Source: an uncultured virus (IMG/VR IMGVR_UViG_3300035520_000941) (Duplodnaviria; Heunggongvirae; Uroviricota; Caudoviricetes). Taken from it: DNA of 20,000 nt. The stretch is from the IMG/VR virus record IMGVR_UViG_3300035520_000941; one strand, 5' to 3'. The notes below the pieces were generated by a model, which did no database searches, was not told the origin of the DNA, and saw only the letters and a program-made list of their open reading frames with translations. Positions 1-8,333 of the stretch are shown here, one piece after another (position 1 is the first letter of the stretch; the number at the start of each line of letters is the position of its first letter). A program made the position numbers and the translations under genes.

Positions 1-6
1 ATAAAA

Positions 7-117
7 ATGAATGGGATTAAAATTTTGTGGCTTTTTATATTTATTATAGGTGTGCCACTAACAGTTTCATTAATATTATTAATTTATGAATATTGTCAAT
101 TGATTAAAGAAAGGTGA
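7..117 (+). CDS. Small single-TM hypothetical protein (36 aa)
   Basis: Read manually: MNGIKILWLFIFIIGVPLTVSLILLIYEYCQLIKER*. Hydrophobic stretch; stop overlaps the RBS (AAGGTGA) of the next gene. True start may lie upstream of the window. Confidence 0.55.
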   Translation: MNGIKILWLFIFIIGVPLTVSLILLIYEYCQLIKER

Positions 118-121
118 TGTT

Positions 122-370
122 ATGAACATGATAGATGACGTAATGGAAAGAATATTAACGGGGAAAGGAGAAAACAATGATTTTATTACATTAAATAATT
201 ATATGTATTATTGTTTTACAAATGAAGAATTAGATTTGATTATATGGAAATTTAAGGAACTTGAAAGTGTTTTAGGGATGGATGTTTCATTTCTGCTATG
301 GAAGGCAGAACAACAAAAGAAGTTCCTTAAAGAAAGGGAAATGGAAATTGAAGTTGTTTATTATGATTAA
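122..370 (+). CDS. Hypothetical phage protein (82 aa)
   Basis: ORF track; RBS GAAAGGTGA just upstream. Confidence 0.75.
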   Translation: MNMIDDVMERILTGKGENNDFITLNNYMYYCFTNEELDLIIWKFKELESVLGMDVSFLLWKAEQQKKFLKEREMEIEVVYYD

Positions 371-417
371 TAACAAATTGACTAAACTGATTTAAAAAAG
401 TAGAAAGGATTAGAAGA

Positions 418-672
418 ATGATTAAGACAGACAATTTAAACGAATATATAGCATTATCAAGTTTAATCAATTATTGTGAAAGTAAAGATTGTAATAGATG
501 CGTGTTGTATAATGTGGTTTGTAGATTTATTCCAATATCATTTGAAAAAATGAAATTAGATAAAGAACAAAATGAGATAATGAAAAACACGTTAAAAAAT
601 TCTTACAAACAAGAACAAGAAAAACAAAGTGAAGAAAAAAGTGAGGAAAAATCGAACAATGAAATTATATGA
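418..672 (+). CDS. Hypothetical Cys-cluster phage protein (84 aa)
   Basis: RBS GAAAGGA; YCESKDCNRCVLYNVVC cysteine cluster; low-complexity EK-rich tail. Confidence 0.75.
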   Translation: MIKTDNLNEYIALSSLINYCESKDCNRCVLYNVVCRFIPISFEKMKLDKEQNEIMKNTLKNSYKQEQEKQSEEKSEEKSNNEII

Positions 673-988
673 CATGTTAAATGATACGCTTTTTTATCAA
701 AAAACAAGAATATATTATTGCGATTGTTTTGGGAGATACATCCCAATATTTAAAGGTAAAGTAAACAACGCAAGAGGTGATGTAGATGAAGTATGGAGTC
801 ACCTTAAAGATGATATTGATATTTACTTTTGTAAAAATGACACATTAATTATTTTTACTAAAGATGAATATTATGAAGTTGGATTAGATAAAAGATACGC
901 AAATTCATCACAATGGAACGAAAAAAATAGACCTTACAAAAAGTATTCAGAGATTATGGGAGAAATAAATAATGATGAATTATTGTAG
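659..988 (+). CDS. Hypothetical phage protein (probable start MKLYDML at 659)
   Basis: ORF track 629-988; in-frame ATG at 659 preceded by GAGG and overlapping the end of the upstream gene. Confidence 0.75.
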   Translation: MKLYDMLNDTLFYQKTRIYYCDCFGRYIPIFKGKVNNARGDVDEVWSHLKDDIDIYFCKNDTLIIFTKDEYYEVGLDKRYANSSQWNEKNRPYKKYSEIMGEINNDELL

Positions 989-1009
989 AAAGAAAGGATA
1001 TGAGGTGAG

Positions 1010-1057
1010 ATGAAATTTAGAAAGAAACCTGTGATTGGTGAAGCATTATATGTATAA
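1010..1057 (+). pseudogene. 15-codon N-terminal stub MKFRKKPVIGEALYV*
   Basis: Strong RBS (GAGGTG). The start resembles the common phage protein N-terminus MK(F/Y)RKKPVxxEA but the frame stops immediately. Confidence 0.45.
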
Positions 1058-1214
1058 GACATTAATAATATTAGCAATATTAAACATTATTATATTTTTA
1101 TTAATGATTTTAAATGTTGATAGTTTGGTTATTGAAACATTTTATAAAATTATGAGTGGCATAACGTTGGCAATTGCTATCTTTGTGCTTTTTTATGAAT
1201 GGGGTAAACCATAA
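1050..1214 (+). CDS. Small two-TM membrane protein (54 aa), below the ORF-track cutoff
   Basis: Manual translation MYKTLIILAILNIIIFLLMILNVDSLVIETFYKIMSGITLAIAIFVLFYEWGKP*; two hydrophobic segments; GGTG upstream. Confidence 0.6.
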   Translation: MYKTLIILAILNIIIFLLMILNVDSLVIETFYKIMSGITLAIAIFVLFYEWGKP

Positions 1215-1232
1215 GAATAGAGGTAAAAATGT

Positions 1233-1400
1233 ATGACACTAGAAGAAATGAATTATTTACAAGAAAAATATGGCATTGAATTTATGCCAGATATGGACAA
1301 TTTGGAAAATTTGAACAAAGAGCAAGTAGAAAAGCAAATGCAAACATTAAAAGAGGTATTTATGAATATCTATAATGATGAGGGAGAAGATGATATTTAA
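1233..1400 (+). CDS. Small acidic hypothetical protein (55 aa)
   Basis: Manual translation MTLEEMNYLQEKYGIEFMPD...EGEDDI*; RBS GAGGT; TAATG stop/start overlap with the next gene. Confidence 0.65.
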   Translation: MTLEEMNYLQEKYGIEFMPDMDNLENLNKEQVEKQMQTLKEVFMNIYNDEGEDDI

Positions 1401-1777
1401 TGGATAAAATGAACAAATATGAAACGGCAATAAATGAACTTGTTAGCATTGCATACGGAAATTGTAGATTATCTAAAAATGGTATTGCATGTGAAGAATG
1501 TTTAGATATAAATAATTGCAAATTTAGAAAAACCATTAATATATATAAAGATATATTAATAGAACTTATCGACAACCCACCATTAAAAAAAGAAGATTTA
1601 AAAGATGGCATGTGGATTTGGGATAACAAAGAAAAAGTTTATATTGAAGTTGGTTTTGATGATGATAATGATAAATGGGTATTCTATTTCTATGATGACC
1701 CTTTGTTTGATGTAATGTATGCTTATCCATTAAAATTAGAAGATGAAAGATACTATAAGAGAGGAGTGAAACAATGA
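1400..1777 (+). CDS. Hypothetical phage protein, paralogue family A (NPPLK..L..GMWIWD...RYY)
   Basis: ORF track; RBS GAGGGAG; C-terminal module shared with 1774-2151 and 5308-5634. Confidence 0.82.
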   Translation: MDKMNKYETAINELVSIAYGNCRLSKNGIACEECLDINNCKFRKTINIYKDILIELIDNPPLKKEDLKDGMWIWDNKEKVYIEVGFDDDNDKWVFYFYDDPLFDVMYAYPLKLEDERYYKRGVKQ

Positions 1778-2151
1778 AATTGAATGAAGAAGAATACTTA
1801 GATATAATTAATTTTATTGAATTTTTTTATGTTGATAATTTGCAAGCAACAGCAGGATTGCGCAAAGAAAAATCTAAAAGTTTACAAGATAAAGATACTA
1901 AAAGCATGAAAGATAAACTAAATTTATTGAGGGATTTAGTATATGAATACTTTGATACCCAACCTTTGACTTTTAAAGAATTAAAAAATATGCTAGGTGA
2001 ATGCGTTTATGATAGTAAAAAGAAAAAATTAACATCAATTACTTTAGTAGGAACTGACCTTTTAATGTTTAAAGATAATGATAGTTTATTTTATATAATC
2101 CCTAGTTACGAATGTAATAATAGATTTTATAGAAAAGAGGTTGAAAAATGA
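1774..2151 (+). CDS. Hypothetical phage protein, paralogue family A
   Basis: ATGA overlap; RBS GAGGAG; LVYEYFDTQPLTFKEL...VYDSK...NRFYRK. Confidence 0.82.
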   Translation: MKLNEEEYLDIINFIEFFYVDNLQATAGLRKEKSKSLQDKDTKSMKDKLNLLRDLVYEYFDTQPLTFKELKNMLGECVYDSKKKKLTSITLVGTDLLMFKDNDSLFYIIPSYECNNRFYRKEVEK

Positions 2152-2267
2152 AAAATTTTGAAAAATTTGAAGATGAAATAAAACGTTATGGCTCATATTT
2201 TGGTATAAACAAAATAACAGGAAAAATAGGAAAAATAGGAGGAACAAAAAATGGGCGTAACAATTGA
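2148..2267 (+). pseudogene. Truncated N-terminal fragment (39 aa) of paralogue family B
   Basis: MKNFEKFEDEIKRYGSYFGINK aligns with MKNLEKYESAVKDYGIYFGLDK (11478) and MTNFEKFKNEVK (11920). Upstream GAGGTTGAAAAATG context matches that of 11478. Ends after a 9-bp tandem duplication (AGGAAAAAT)x2. Confidence 0.6.
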
Positions 2268-2676
2268 AAACAAAAACAAATCCATTGATATGGGCTATGG
2301 CGGTTTTCATCGTCTTAGAACGAAAGTTGCTTATTTGACAAATGAGGAATTGGGAAAGTTCTATGAAAAATCCGTTGAAGGAATGGGGTTGCTTGATGAA
2401 GAAAGAAAAAAATTCTACAAAGAATATGATGAAAGATTAAACCAAATTGATAAAGAATTGAATGTTTCACCGTACATCTTAGATTTTTTGTATGCTTCAG
2501 ATTGTGAAGGAAAATTATCAGCAAAACACTGTAGAAGAATATACAATGTCATCAAGGATTATGATGACGATGTCTTATATGGATATTGTGGAAGACCTGA
2601 TTGTGCCAAATTCAAAGATTTTAAGGCAATAGTCAAGGATTGCGTTGACCATAATATTCAAATGCGTTGGTGGTAG
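2251..2676 (+). CDS. Hypothetical phage protein (141 aa)
   Basis: RBS AGGAGG; ORF track; motif-like segments DMGYGGF and FLYASDCEG. Confidence 0.85.
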   Translation: MGVTIENKNKSIDMGYGGFHRLRTKVAYLTNEELGKFYEKSVEGMGLLDEERKKFYKEYDERLNQIDKELNVSPYILDFLYASDCEGKLSAKHCRRIYNVIKDYDDDVLYGYCGRPDCAKFKDFKAIVKDCVDHNIQMRWW

Positions 2677-2706
2677 AAGAAATATAATAAAAAAAGGAGA
2701 TAAAAA

Positions 2707-2894
2707 ATGAGTTATTTTAAACATCAAAAATTAATCAGATTAAAATTAACGAACAGAATGTTCAAAAAATACCATATAGATGAAATATGTCCCGATAATT
2801 TTCTTTTTGATAAGGAGATTGAATATGAGGGAACAGATAAAGAAAGATATTTTAATGAAAATCCTAGCAAGACTAGAACTAGAAAGAACTTCTT
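2707..2894 (+). repeat. Direct repeat copy 1 (188 bp; copy 2 at 12749-12936)
   Basis: Base-by-base comparison shows only two differences (T2790/C12832 and T2853/C12895), both synonymous. Confidence 0.95.
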
Positions 2895-2916
2895 CACAAT
2901 GCCACCTACCGATTAA
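2707..2916 (+). pseudogene. 5'-only duplicate of gene 12749-13192 (69 aa, truncated)
   Basis: First 63 residues identical to the 147-aa protein at 12749, then diverges and stops; RBS AAGGAG. Confidence 0.7.
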
Positions 2917-3104
2917 AAGATAGAAATAATAGCAAAACAAAAGACGAATATTTACAAGTCTTAAAAAAATTTAAAATGGACTATATTTATCAAGATAAAT
3001 CGTATAAAATGGAAACATACATTAATGAAAATTTTGAAAAATTAATGCAAACGATATATTCTATCAATAATATCTATGAACATGATGATTGGATTGATAA
3101 ATAA
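2883..3104 (+). pseudogene. Start-less 3' remnant of another gene (73 open codons)
   Basis: Stop-free frame KELLHNATYRLKDRNNSKTKDEYLQVLKKFKMDY...HDDWIDK* begins at the duplication breakpoint, in a different frame from 2707. Confidence 0.5.
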
Positions 3105-3151
3105 TCGTTTATAAACATTAAGAAAAGAATAAAAGGAAAAGGGAGAAAAAT

Positions 3152-4267
3152 ATGAAGATAAACATTAACAAAGATGAATTACTTGAAAACTTAAGAAAGG
3201 CAAATATGATTGTCAATAAAAGCCACCCTAACGAAGTGCTAAAAAACGTATTAATTGATATTAAAGGTAGCACAATGGATTTAACGACAAGTGATGGAAC
3301 AATGCGAACTATATTAAGTATTGAAGAAATAAATAGTGACGAAAATACAAGTTTTTGTGTCAATAGTCAATTGTTCTTAGATTGTTTGAAGAAGATTAAT
3401 AAAAATGAAGTAACAATCAATACTAGTGATAAAGATTTTATCATCAAGAGTGGAAATAGAAAGTTTAAATTGAATATTATTAGTAGTGATAAATACCCTA
3501 ATTTTGCTGATAATGAAAATATTGGTATCATAATTATAAATGCAAACGATTTATTAAGAGGTGCTATGTCAACAGTTAAAACAGCCTCAAGAAATGAAAC
3601 ACGACCTATCTTAACTGGTATCAATCTAAGCAATAGCGAAGATTTAAAAAGCATTGTCTTAAGTGCAACAGATAGTTACAGATTATCAAAAATAACATTG
3701 CCAATTAGTAACAAATTAAATAAAAATATAAACGTTACTATTCCATATCAATTTTTTGAATATTTAAACAAAGTCATTGATGATAGCGAAGAAGAAGTTA
3801 CAATCTTATTTAATGATACTGAAATAAAACTTGAATATAAAAATCAATATATCACAACAAGATTAATTGATGGAAGTTATCCTAACATTAATAGAATTTT
3901 ACAAGGTGAAAGAAGAAATAGAGTTAAAATCAACAAAGAGTATCTAAATGATATGATTGAATGTTCATTCTTTAAAGATGATAAGAATTATATTATCACA
4001 ATGGATTTTGATGATAATAAAATGACATTATTAAACAAGAATAACGAAATGGGCGAGTTTAAAGAAACTTATGAGATTGAACATAATGGAAATAATTTAA
4101 GCGTTTCCGTTAATGGTGAATACTTGAAACAAGCATTAAGCACATTTGAGAGTGATTATGTCAATTTATATTTTGAGGATACACCTTTAAAACCTTTTGT
4201 AATTGTTGGTTGTGAAGATGTTGATAGAACGCTTATTCAATTAATGTTGCCAGTAAGAACGTATTAG
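3152..4267 (+). CDS. dnaN: DNA polymerase III beta subunit / sliding clamp (phage-encoded)
   Basis: 371 aa, the typical beta-clamp length. Hallmark motifs ETRPILTGI, ATDSYRLS, RLIDGSYPN, NGEYL and C-terminal LMLPVR. Confidence 0.95.
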   Translation: MKININKDELLENLRKANMIVNKSHPNEVLKNVLIDIKGSTMDLTTSDGTMRTILSIEEINSDENTSFCVNSQLFLDCLKKINKNEVTINTSDKDFIIKSGNRKFKLNIISSDKYPNFADNENIGIIIINANDLLRGAMSTVKTASRNETRPILTGINLSNSEDLKSIVLSATDSYRLSKITLPISNKLNKNINVTIPYQFFEYLNKVIDDSEEEVTILFNDTEIKLEYKNQYITTRLIDGSYPNINRILQGERRNRVKINKEYLNDMIECSFFKDDKNYIITMDFDDNKMTLLNKNNEMGEFKETYEIEHNGNNLSVSVNGEYLKQALSTFESDYVNLYFEDTPLKPFVIVGCEDVDRTLIQLMLPVRTY

Positions 4268-4277
4268 CGTATATTCA

Positions 4278-4372
4278 AAAATGCTGTTTTAAGGCATTTT
4301 AAGGGTTTTTAATTAAACACTATAAATTTATAAAGGAATAATAAAACGCTTGTCAAAAGCGTTTTAAACGCT
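4278..4372. other. Intergenic symmetric element: hairpin, central palindrome, hairpin (possible terminator or single-strand/primosome signal)
   Basis: AAAATGC(4278-4284)/GCATTTT(4294-4300); perfect palindrome TATAAATTTATA (4321-4332); perfect 10-bp stem TAAAACGCTT(4342-4351)/AAGCGTTTTA(4357-4366). Confidence 0.55.
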
Positions 4373-4403
4373 GTTTAAGAGTAAAAAGTAAGGGAGTGGC
4401 AAC

Positions 4404-5087
4404 GTGAAAAGATATTATGTTTTAGACAAGAAAGATATTACAAATATTGTTGATGTTGGAGATAAGAAAACATTAATGAAAAAGTATAATTTTGAAGATG
4501 AAAAGAAGTTTATTTATGTAACAACTATAGGAACTGAATTTAATGGATATTATTTTATTCCTACAGATGATGACAAGATACAAAGAGATGAGATGTTTGA
4601 GGACGTTTTATTTCATGTGAACGAAAAAGCAAATATTAAATATTATGTTAATTGCAATGGCTTTTTCTTTTCTATTAATCAAAAAGGGCAAAAAAGAATG
4701 TTAAACCCGTGGTATGATAAAAGTTGCGATAAGTTGAAGTTAAAAATAGGCAAAAAAGGATATTATTGTGCCACGTTGATTGCTAAAACATTTAGAAAAG
4801 ATGAATATAATGAAAAAGATATTATTTTGTATAAAGACAACAACCCCAAAAACTTAAACTATAAGAATTTAGTTTTTGTAAGCAAAAGTTTCTTTGTAAA
4901 CAATATTGCTAAAAGACATCCAAAAGCACGTAAATTAGGTGTATTTGATGAAAATAATAATTTAATTAAACAATATGATAGTATCAGAAAAGCAAGTAAG
5001 GATTTATATGTTGATAGAAATTGCATTGTTGCAATCTTAAAAGGAAAAACTAAACATAAAATGTTTGATATTAGATATATAGAATAA
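4404..5087 (+). CDS. HNH-endonuclease-like protein with C-terminal NUMOD1-type DNA-binding module, catalytically degenerate
   Basis: YCATLIAKTF...IILYKDNNPKNLNYKNLVFV resembles the HNH_3 pattern (xHRLVAxxF...HxDxxxxNNxxxNL) with both His replaced. Tail FDENNNLIKQYDSIRKASKDL...ILKGK is NUMOD1-like. GTG start with RBS AAGGGAG. Confidence 0.7.
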   Translation: MKRYYVLDKKDITNIVDVGDKKTLMKKYNFEDEKKFIYVTTIGTEFNGYYFIPTDDDKIQRDEMFEDVLFHVNEKANIKYYVNCNGFFFSINQKGQKRMLNPWYDKSCDKLKLKIGKKGYYCATLIAKTFRKDEYNEKDIILYKDNNPKNLNYKNLVFVSKSFFVNNIAKRHPKARKLGVFDENNNLIKQYDSIRKASKDLYVDRNCIVAILKGKTKHKMFDIRYIE

Positions 5088-5112
5088 TATTAATCAATTT
5101 TATGAAAAACAC

Positions 5113-5141
5113 TTTACATGGTTATATTTTGGTATTATAAT
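5113..5141 (+). promoter_or_regulatory. Sigma-A type promoter for the replication gene block
   Basis: TTTACA (5113-5118), 17-bp spacer, TATAAT (5136-5141), within a 220-bp intergenic gap. Confidence 0.8.
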
Positions 5142-5246
5142 AGTAAATGTAAATTAAATAAAAAAGTCCAACAAGAATGAATGGGGTCATTCAAGTGAAC
5201 TTTACAAGAGTATTTTATCATATAGATAATAAATATTCAATGAATT

Positions 5247-5288
5247 TCTCACTTAGTGAATACCCTTTCATTTAAGTGAGATTTTTTT
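5247..5288 (+). terminator. Intrinsic terminator-like hairpin in the 5' leader (candidate attenuator)
   Basis: TCTCACTTA(5247-5255)/TAAGTGAGA(5273-5281) stem extended by TGAA/TTCA, followed by T7 (5282-5288), directly before RBS AGGAGGGAGG. Confidence 0.65.
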
Positions 5289-5307
5289 GTAGGAGGGAGG
5301 AAATTTT

Positions 5308-5634
5308 TTGAAGTTAAACAAGGAAAGGTGTATAGAGGCATTAGAGTTTTATCATACTAAAATATCTGGCTATGAAAAAAGCATAACCTCATATACTATC
5401 CTAAAAAATTTGATTGATGAGTATTTTAATGATAAGTCTTTGAAATTTGAGGATTTAGAATTTGAAATGCCTATCTGGGATAGTAAGGATAAGGAATGGT
5501 GTATACTCAAAAATGCCACATCTTCATTATTTTTTGGTAAACAATATATTTCATTAATTTGTTTTTCAAACACAAATGATATTGTTGACTTGGAATGGGA
5601 AGATGATAGATTTTATAGAAAGAAAAAGGAATAA
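5308..5634 (+). CDS. Hypothetical phage protein, paralogue family A
   Basis: TTG start with RBS AGGAGGGAGG; LIDEYFNDKSLKFEDL...IWDSK...DRFYRK. Confidence 0.82.
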   Translation: MKLNKERCIEALEFYHTKISGYEKSITSYTILKNLIDEYFNDKSLKFEDLEFEMPIWDSKDKEWCILKNATSSLFFGKQYISLICFSNTNDIVDLEWEDDRFYRKKKE

Positions 5635-5636
5635 AA

Positions 5637-5819
5637 ATGAATTTGACAAAAAAAGAAATTGATATTCTCATTGAATTAGCAAGAGAGAAAAAAGATTATT
5701 GCGAAAAGAAAATGATATGGTATGAAAAAAATCATGAAATTGAAGAAGAAGAAAAATATAAATGGTTAACAAAAGAATACCTTATCATTATTCAAAAACT
5801 AAAAAATATGAAAGGGTGA
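5637..5819 (+). CDS. Hypothetical protein (60 aa)
   Basis: RBS AAGGA; ORF track; tightly packed with neighbours. Confidence 0.7.
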   Translation: MNLTKKEIDILIELAREKKDYCEKKMIWYEKNHEIEEEEKYKWLTKEYLIIIQKLKNMKG

Positions 5820-5825
5820 TTGTAA

Positions 5826-6464
5826 TTGTTAGCGATTAATGGATTTAATCAAGATAAAATGAATATATATAATATTGATGTTGCTGATACTTGCATTATT
5901 GACTACATTATTTATATTTATTCATGTGATATTGTGCCAAGTATTATTATTAATGATACAAAGTACATATCATTTAATAAAGAGAAAATTAATAAGAACC
6001 TAAACGCTTTAAATCTAAAAGAGCGTGGATTAGAGCAAAGAATTAACAATTTAATTGCAAGTGGGTTCTTTGAAAGGAATGTTAAATTTGTAGATAAAAA
6101 GAAACGTAGTTTCATAAAACCAACTAATTTATGCTTGTTTATTAAAGACTTTAGTTATAACATTTATGAAGAATTTGTGAAACATGAATGTGCAGACTAT
6201 AATAAAGAAGATGTTGAAAAAAGAACTATCAAAGTCAAACATCTTTATAAGGAGTGTAAACATGTTAAGTTCACTGATGAGGAATTAAGTAAACTTAAAC
6301 AAGAATTTCCTTTTGATTATGAAACACAAATAATGAATTGCGAAAATTATTGTGAGTCAAAAGGTAAGAATTATTCCAATTATTTACAAACAATAAGGAA
6401 TTGGAACAAAGGAAAGAAAAATATGAAAAATACAAATATTGATGTTGGAGGGCTTGAATTTTAG
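5826..6464 (+). CDS. Phage replication initiator / replisome organiser-like protein
   Basis: Predicted N-terminal wHTH-like segment (LEQRINNLIASGFFER). C-terminal HVKFTDEELSKLK...YCESKGKNYSNYLQTIRNW is typical of phage initiators. Lies upstream of loader and helicase. Confidence 0.75.
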   Translation: MLAINGFNQDKMNIYNIDVADTCIIDYIIYIYSCDIVPSIIINDTKYISFNKEKINKNLNALNLKERGLEQRINNLIASGFFERNVKFVDKKKRSFIKPTNLCLFIKDFSYNIYEEFVKHECADYNKEDVEKRTIKVKHLYKECKHVKFTDEELSKLKQEFPFDYETQIMNCENYCESKGKNYSNYLQTIRNWNKGKKNMKNTNIDVGGLEF

Positions 6465-6467
6465 AAA

Positions 6468-6728
6468 ATGGAAGTGAACAAAATAAAATTAAGTCACGAC
6501 CAATTAACAAGTATTTTTCAAGAATTACGCTTGTATTATCCTAATAACCCATACAAAGATTATAATGCGAATGAACTTAAAGTGATTTTAAAAATGTATT
6601 ATGAGTCTTTGAAATATTATGATGAAAGTATAATACGAAAACGAATGACAAAGTATGTCGAAAAAGAAAAATTTTTTCCTCAAATTTGTGACTTAATCCC
6701 CCAAGAGAGCGATTTTAGAGGATATTAG
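6468..6728 (+). CDS. Helicase loader/inhibitor, SPP1 G39P-like
   Basis: 86 aa; LRLYYP...YYESLKYYD...YVEKEKFFPQICDL pattern; sits between initiator and DnaB. Confidence 0.65.
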   Translation: MEVNKIKLSHDQLTSIFQELRLYYPNNPYKDYNANELKVILKMYYESLKYYDESIIRKRMTKYVEKEKFFPQICDLIPQESDFRGY

Positions 6729-6730
6729 AT

Positions 6731-7942
6731 ATGAACGAAACTGAATATGAATATGAAATAATTTGTATGTTGATATGCAACCCCCAATGTATCAACGAAT
6801 GTGAATTAGAGAGTAAACACTTTTCAAATGATTTTTATAAAAAGATTTACCCTTTAATTGAAAAACAATACAAAGAAAAAGGGATTATAGATTTCTATGA
6901 AATAGAAAATAAATTTAGTGGCTTTTATTCTTTTGCGTTAGAATGTATAGAACATTATGTTACATCTGCAAATTTACATTATTATATCGAAAAAGTTGAA
7001 AACAACTATAAATTAAGGAAATATAATGAAATAATTGATAAATGCAACAATGGTTATATAGATTTTGAAGAAATGCAAAATGAATTAGATAGCGTTAAAA
7101 ATGAGTTTATTAAAACTGGTGATAAGAATAAATTGAGTGAAGAAGAAATTTATAGAGTTATCACAAAAGAGAATGAAATGCTTGAATTTGATAATTTTAA
7201 GCAATTAGAAAACAATATATCATTTATTAAAAATGGTATTCATGTTATTTCTGCACGTACAAGTGTAGGTAAAAGTGCTTTGGCAATCAATCTAATGAAT
7301 GATTTGTCAAAAAAGTACAAGTGTATATATCTCAATATGGAAATGAATGAACAAAAGATATATCAAAGAATGATTGCTTGTGAGTCGAATATTCCAATTA
7401 GCAATTTTACTAATTTAAGTGAAACGCAATCAAATACTATCAAAAGAACTATTAAAAATATTCATAATAGAAATTGGAAAATCATGAACGGCTCAAAAAG
7501 TGTAAGAGGTATCAAGTCGATTATTGCTAGAGAGAGCAGAGATGAGCATTTGATATTATTTGTCGATTACATTGGGTATGTGACAACTGGCAAAAAACAA
7601 AACGATAGAGAGCGTATTGGTGAGGCTGTAAGAGAGATACAATTAATGACAAAAGATTATGATGTAACTGTATTTCTATTGGCTCAAATTAATAGAGATG
7701 GAAATGATGAGCCTACTTTAGTTAATTTGAAAGATAGTGGAGAAATTGAACAGAGTGCCGAAACTGTATTGATTTTACACAATACATGCAAAGACTTAAA
7801 CGAAGAACAGCCAATTTATAGTATACTTGTACCCAAAAATAGAAATGGAAAACAAGGAAAATTAGAAATAAAATTCAATAAGCCTTGTCAAAAATTTGAA
7901 GAAATAGTAGAGGGTTATGGTTATGGAAACAGAGTTTATTAA
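6731..7942 (+). CDS. dnaB: Replicative DNA helicase, DnaB family
   Basis: Walker A ARTSVGKS, H1a YLNMEM, Walker B FVDYIG, LAQINR, LKDSGEIEQSAE, KNRNG. Confidence 0.93.
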   Translation: MNETEYEYEIICMLICNPQCINECELESKHFSNDFYKKIYPLIEKQYKEKGIIDFYEIENKFSGFYSFALECIEHYVTSANLHYYIEKVENNYKLRKYNEIIDKCNNGYIDFEEMQNELDSVKNEFIKTGDKNKLSEEEIYRVITKENEMLEFDNFKQLENNISFIKNGIHVISARTSVGKSALAINLMNDLSKKYKCIYLNMEMNEQKIYQRMIACESNIPISNFTNLSETQSNTIKRTIKNIHNRNWKIMNGSKSVRGIKSIIARESRDEHLILFVDYIGYVTTGKKQNDRERIGEAVREIQLMTKDYDVTVFLLAQINRDGNDEPTLVNLKDSGEIEQSAETVLILHNTCKDLNEEQPIYSILVPKNRNGKQGKLEIKFNKPCQKFEEIVEGYGYGNRVY

Positions 7943-8318
7943 AGAAAATGATAATTATATTTTGATTATCCATATCAACGATAATCAAGATGATAATGTT
8001 TATGTTAAGTGTGAAAAAGCAAGTATTGAACAAATGTACAAAAATAAAAGTATTGATTATGAAAGCCAAAAAAATATTGATTTTATAATGAAAAAAACAA
8101 AGTCATTATATTATGAACTTAAAAGCAATTTGGATTTATTAAATAATTTACCAATATTACTTGATAAAAATAAAATAAATGATGATGAATATGTCTTTAA
8201 TCTTATTATTTACATGGTAAAATATTGCACACATGAGGCTTTTGAAATGTATTATAGTGTTTATAAATCATTAGAAAATATTTGCTATACGCAACACATA
8301 AACAAAAAATTCAATTAA
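7917..8318 (+). CDS. Hypothetical protein (~132 aa)
   Basis: ORF track; RBS GAGGG; overlaps the helicase 3' end; start at 7917 or 7923. Confidence 0.7.
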   Translation: MVMETEFIKENDNYILIIHINDNQDDNVYVKCEKASIEQMYKNKSIDYESQKNIDFIMKKTKSLYYELKSNLDLLNNLPILLDKNKINDDEYVFNLIIYMVKYCTHEAFEMYYSVYKSLENICYTQHINKKFN

Positions 8319-8333
8319 TAAAGGGAGATATTA

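Noticed and set aside
628..651. 12-bp tandem repeat AGTGA(A/G)GAAAAA
   Set aside because: It simply encodes the low-complexity SEEK-SEEK tail; in frame and only two copies.
3152..4267. Chromosomal origin region (dnaA-dnaN-recF)
   Set aside because: No dnaA, recF, gyrB or DnaA-box cluster was seen; the neighbours are phage-type hypotheticals.
5826..6464. Iteron-type replication origin inside the initiator gene
   Set aside because: Expected for this gene class, but I could not find convincing direct repeats by eye.
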